48,335 nucleotides of DNA, taken from a virus. Its lineage: Duplodnaviria > Caudoviricetes. The notes below the pieces were generated by a model. It was given only the letters and a program-made list of their open reading frames with translations, was not told the DNA's origin and searched no databases. The stretch spans positions 1-48,335 of the IMG/VR virus record IMGVR_UViG_3300014202_000218; one strand, given 5' to 3'. Of this stretch, positions 45,293 through 48,335 are shown piece by piece. The first letter of the stretch is position 1, and each line of letters opens with the position of its first letter. The position numbers were made by a program, and so were the translations under genes.

Positions 45293-45996
45293 GGATACCA
45301 TACTACAGTATCCTATTCTCTATAGAGCTATCCACATAGTAGGATAGCTCTAGTGGTGACACAGTGTGTAGGTAATCAATCCTACGTCCCCTTATAACGA
45401 CAAATCGCCTGAAAGACGGCTAGGTTATAAGCTCGTTAAAATCCACTGTGTTACCTCTTGAGCTATCCTACACAAAGGACGGCTCAATATGATGATAGGT
45501 AACCGTGAGTATCGTGTAAAAGTAGATGCGGGAGTGATTCGTCATATTCCTATCATCAATAACCCTCCGCCTAGTCCAGTGTTTTACTCACTGTTTGAGC
45601 GAAAGGTTACTGGTGAGTATATACAAATTCGCTCCGCAGTCTACACCAGCGAGATGGAGGCGTTCCGAGTCTTCAGGGATGCTATTGCGAAAGCTCCATT
45701 GTCGCTCTCGATACGGAAGGCGAGAGTGAAGCGGAATAGAGCGCAAGGAGTGAGTAGGTTTCGAGGGGAAAGTTATAATGAGTGGCGAGATAGTCCGCTC
45801 AGGGAGAGGGAGAAGCGAGTAGGGAAATTCGACTGGAAGAAAGCTCAAGCCAATGATAAGGATTGAGGTAACAGTCTTGTTAGTGGTTTGGGTGGTGTGT
45901 CTATATCTGATGGTAAAACATCGGGTATGGTGGTAGTGGTGGAGATAGTGGATAGTTCTATAGAGGATAGGATAGTGTGGTGTGACAATGGTATCC
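45293..45996 (+). repeat. Long imperfect inverted repeat enclosing ORF 45489-45866
   Basis: 45293-45335 pairs with 45948-45996. Confidence 0.85.
45489..45866 (+). CDS. Basic early hypothetical protein
   Basis: 125 aa, AAGGA upstream; first ORF after P1/P2. Confidence 0.6.
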   Translation: MMIGNREYRVKVDAGVIRHIPIINNPPPSPVFYSLFERKVTGEYIQIRSAVYTSEMEAFRVFRDAIAKAPLSLSIRKARVKRNRAQGVSRFRGESYNEWRDSPLREREKRVGKFDWKKAQANDKD

Positions 45997-46100
45997 AGGA
46001 CGGCTCTAGGGAGTATTGTAGGCTCTGAAGTGTAGAGCTTATGATACTCTCTAAGACGTCCGCCAATAGATATGATAGTGTGTATGTGTAAGGGAAGAGT

Positions 46101-46588
46101 AGACATACAAAGACTATCTGTTCTATAGGGTGATGGATTGGACTGTAGTAGAACGATCTAAACTCTAGGTATGGGAGGAGGAAAAAATGAGTGAAGAACT
46201 AGAGTTTAGGATTGTGCTAGCTCTAAAGCTTGTTCTGCAAGTACATAAGGACAAGAGCTACGCAGAGTGGGCGCAAAAGTGGATTAGTGGAGAAGATAGA
46301 AGTAGAGAGTCTGCCGCTAATGCTGCTTATGCTACCGCTAATGCTGCTTATGCTGTTTATGCTGCTGCTTATGCTGCCGCTTATGCTGCTTATGCTTCTC
46401 ATGCTTCTCATGCTGCTCATGCTATTAGTGGAAGCCTGAGAACTGGAGCTAAGCTATCACTAGTAGTTAAGTTCGTAGAGTAGTGGGGTAGGGAGTAGTA
46501 GAGTAGGGAGTAGAAAGAAGAGTTTAGATTGTAAGTCTATAGTGAAATACAATCCATCCACCTATAGAGCAGATAGGATAGTATGTCT
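46101..46588 (+). repeat. Long imperfect inverted repeat enclosing ORF 46187-46483
   Basis: 46101-46166 pairs with 46519-46588. Confidence 0.85.
46187..46483 (+). CDS. Ala-rich repeat protein
   Basis: GGAGGAGG RBS; WAQKWISGEDRS followed by AAY/ASH repeats encoded by gctgcttat-type tandem units. Confidence 0.75.
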   Translation: MSEELEFRIVLALKLVLQVHKDKSYAEWAQKWISGEDRSRESAANAAYATANAAYAVYAAAYAAAYAAYASHASHAAHAISGSLRTGAKLSLVVKFVE

Positions 46589-46887
46589 CCGGTGAAGAAC
46601 GAGACAAAAACATACTATGCTATCTGTTCCATCGTAAGAGTAGGAGATATGCTAGAGTGAACACAAGTAGTGGAATAGGCTCAGTCAACGTGCTGAGGTA
46701 ATCCTATCCTCCGCGAACCATTCTAGTGTATACTATACGGCAAAAGAAGGAATGGGATGAGTTATGTAGAACCATACATATCGCTACCCTGTGACTCACT
46801 TACCGTATAGTCGTAATATAAGGGTAAGATGTTATATTACGCTCACTGTAGCCTAAAGTGGACAGTATGGGTCGTAAGGATTAACAG

Positions 46888-46917
46888 TTGACAACTGAGA
46901 ACGGAGTGTGATATAAT
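46888..46917 (+). promoter_or_regulatory. Sigma70 promoter with a palindrome over the -35
   Basis: TTGACA-18-TATAAT with TG; cagttgacaactg dyad at 46885-46897. Confidence 0.75.
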
Positions 46918-46993
46918 GACCTTGGCACAAGGGGCAGTCCCCCAGCCAAAACCCCGTGGCAATTTCGCTACGGTCCGAAGGAGCGATGGAACA

Positions 46994-47416
46994 ATGGCAG
47001 CACTGGCGGTAAAGAAGGGTAAGACTCGTGGTAAGAATCCTCGTGAGATTGAATACGAGGCATTCGATTTGGAACAGCCGGATAGTCTCCCGAAGACTCT
47101 CGAAGAGTTCTCTGCGGTGACGAAGGTTGATACTGAGGCTGAGCTCGTTAGCCTTCTGATTAATGGATTCAACGATAGCCAATACTCTGCTGCGTCGGAT
47201 GAGATTGGTGAGTTCATTAATGATGCTTGGGATAAGGATACTCAGGCTCAGTTCCGGCTGGCAGTTCGTAATACTTCCAAGATGACTGGTATGTCAATCG
47301 AGGATGTTGTTACGATGATGAAGCCTGCGGTTGAGAAGGGTTGGGCAGCTAAGGTTGAGGCTCGTGAGAAGGCTAAGGCTGATGAGAAGGCTAAGGCTGA
47401 GGCTGTGACTGCGTAG
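46994..47416 (+). CDS. Highly expressed early hypothetical protein (140 aa)
   Basis: AGGAG RBS before ATG 46994; ATG 46916 overlaps the -10 box; strong GCT/AAG/GAG codon bias. Confidence 0.8.
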   Translation: MAALAVKKGKTRGKNPREIEYEAFDLEQPDSLPKTLEEFSAVTKVDTEAELVSLLINGFNDSQYSAASDEIGEFINDAWDKDTQAQFRLAVRNTSKMTGMSIEDVVTMMKPAVEKGWAAKVEAREKAKADEKAKAEAVTA

Positions 47417-48130
47417 GAAGAAATAAAGATAGTCTGTCTACTCTCTAGATAGAGTTATCATATCTAATAAAAGGTCTAGGACGTAGTAAACCTTCTGTGA
47501 GAAGATGGATAGTCTTAGAGAATCTACACACACTCGACTATGCGAGTATAAATAGAGTTTAGGCATAGTGCGGATGTAGGGTATAGTAGAAAATATCTAT
47601 TATACTCTACATCGTAAAGCTAGTAACGGTATCCACACCTGTGCACAGGTTTGATGGAGAGATAAGCCTAGCAGGATGTATCCAGTGGAGATGGTCTTTT
47701 GGATATACTCTGGTAATATAAGACGATTCATTCTAGAGTAGAGCTACCCGGTATCTTGTAGCCTAGGATGTTAACTAGAATCCGGGAGCTAATGTATAGA
47801 AGGTATCTATTAGAAGGTATCTTCTATAGATTGGCTAACTAGCTAATCTCTGTAACGTTCTCAATTGGTAGTCTGACGAACGAACAGTATTAATGACTAT
47901 CCAGGGTATGAGTAGGTTACCCTTTCATAACTCATCCTGTTATAAACCAAAGGGAGCTAATCTTCTCCGGTAATACTCCAGACAGAGACTAGAGGGATGC
48001 ACCGTTATAGTGACTATCATCATTACCATTCATACACTGTAGCGACGTCATTCTAGTCTCTATCCGGGTTATTAGTGGAGTAGAGCATGAGTATAATACT
48101 ACATTTGTATTATTCTTTAGCTATCTCAAC
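47417..48130 (+). ncRNA. ORF-free, hairpin-dense region; candidate structured RNA
   Basis: gatgtagggtatagtaga/tctattatactctacatc, tatagaaggtatct/aggtatcttctata, agagactagag...atagtg/cactgt...ttctagtctct; G-U pairs on the + strand. Confidence 0.55.
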
Positions 48131-48139
48131 CATAACAGC

Positions 48140-48195
48140 TACCGTTTGATACCGTTGCTTACCGAGACATACCGTTGGATACCGCGAGAATCCGC
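48140..48195 (-). repeat. Five tandem 10-bp repeats plus GCGGAT, inverted relative to 165-220
   Basis: Reverse complement reads gcggat tctcgcggta tccaacggta tgtctcggta agcaacggta tcaaacggta. Confidence 0.95.
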
Positions 48196-48218
48196 GAGTC
48201 TACGGGAGTGGGAATGGC

Positions 48219-48247
48219 CGTAAGTCGTTGGGGGAGTAGGGTTTACG
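48219..48247. promoter_or_regulatory. Imperfect palindromic site, counterpart of 111-139
   Basis: CGTAAGTCGTTG-gggga-GTAGGGTTTACG; 20/29 identical to the left site when inverted. Confidence 0.5.
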
Positions 48248-48335
48248 GGAAGTAGGAGCACAGGGTATGTTTACCTATCCCCCCTACTTCCCCCAGTCCT
48301 GGCAGGGTGGGAGTGTAGTGTAGTCTTATATTTAT

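Larger units (their letters stand above)
1..48335. mobile_element. Tailed bacteriophage genome (podovirus-like), probably near complete
   Basis: Terminase, portal, scaffold, capsid and tail block on the - strand; replication block on the + strand; no host housekeeping genes. Confidence 0.95.

Noticed and set aside
46916-46993. ORF-track start at 46916
   Set aside because: The ATG overlaps the -10 box; the RBS and codon bias support 46994
47870-47900. CTGACGA as a hammerhead ribozyme core
   Set aside because: No correctly placed GAAA or stem II found
1-48335. Transposon or Mu-like element suggested by the inverted end arrays
   Set aside because: No transposase or integrase motif recognised and no flanking host DNA
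1-48335. Stop-codon reassignment suggested by abundant TAG/CTAG
   Set aside because: Core genes are intact in the standard code and TAG ends many genes at sensible positions

Overview
This window is an apparently complete ~48.3-kb tailed dsDNA phage genome (Caudoviricetes). It has podovirus-like architecture: portal, scaffold, major capsid, adaptor, nozzle and three large putative ejection proteins, and no tape measure. The + strand (about 756-18023, plus 45489-47416) carries early and replication genes: SNF2 helicase, Cas4-like exonuclease, AAA/Sak4-like ATPase, SSB, dNMP kinase, a UDG-fused family A DNA polymerase, HNH endonuclease, DUF3987-like helicase, two cold-shock proteins, and a tRNA with a CAT anticodon (probably Ile2). 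The - strand (44352 to 18087) carries packaging, lysis and virion genes. I saw no integrase, RNA polymerase, primase or CRISPR array. The main unexplained signals are: (1) small early genes that carry short protein-level copies of conserved motifs from the phage's own capsid, terminase ATPase and DNA polymerase (candidate decoy/mimic system); (2) an rRNA-operon-like early leader (tandem sigma70 promoters, hairpin, boxA) followed by genes enclosed in long RNA stems, with dense RNA structure around the window ends; (3) mirror-image arrays of five 10-bp repeats plus palindromic sites at the two ends; (4) strong genome-wide excess of AGCCGT/ACGGCT; (5) three late, virion-like proteins with Sec signal peptides. 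All family assignments come from motif recognition by eye; no searches were run.
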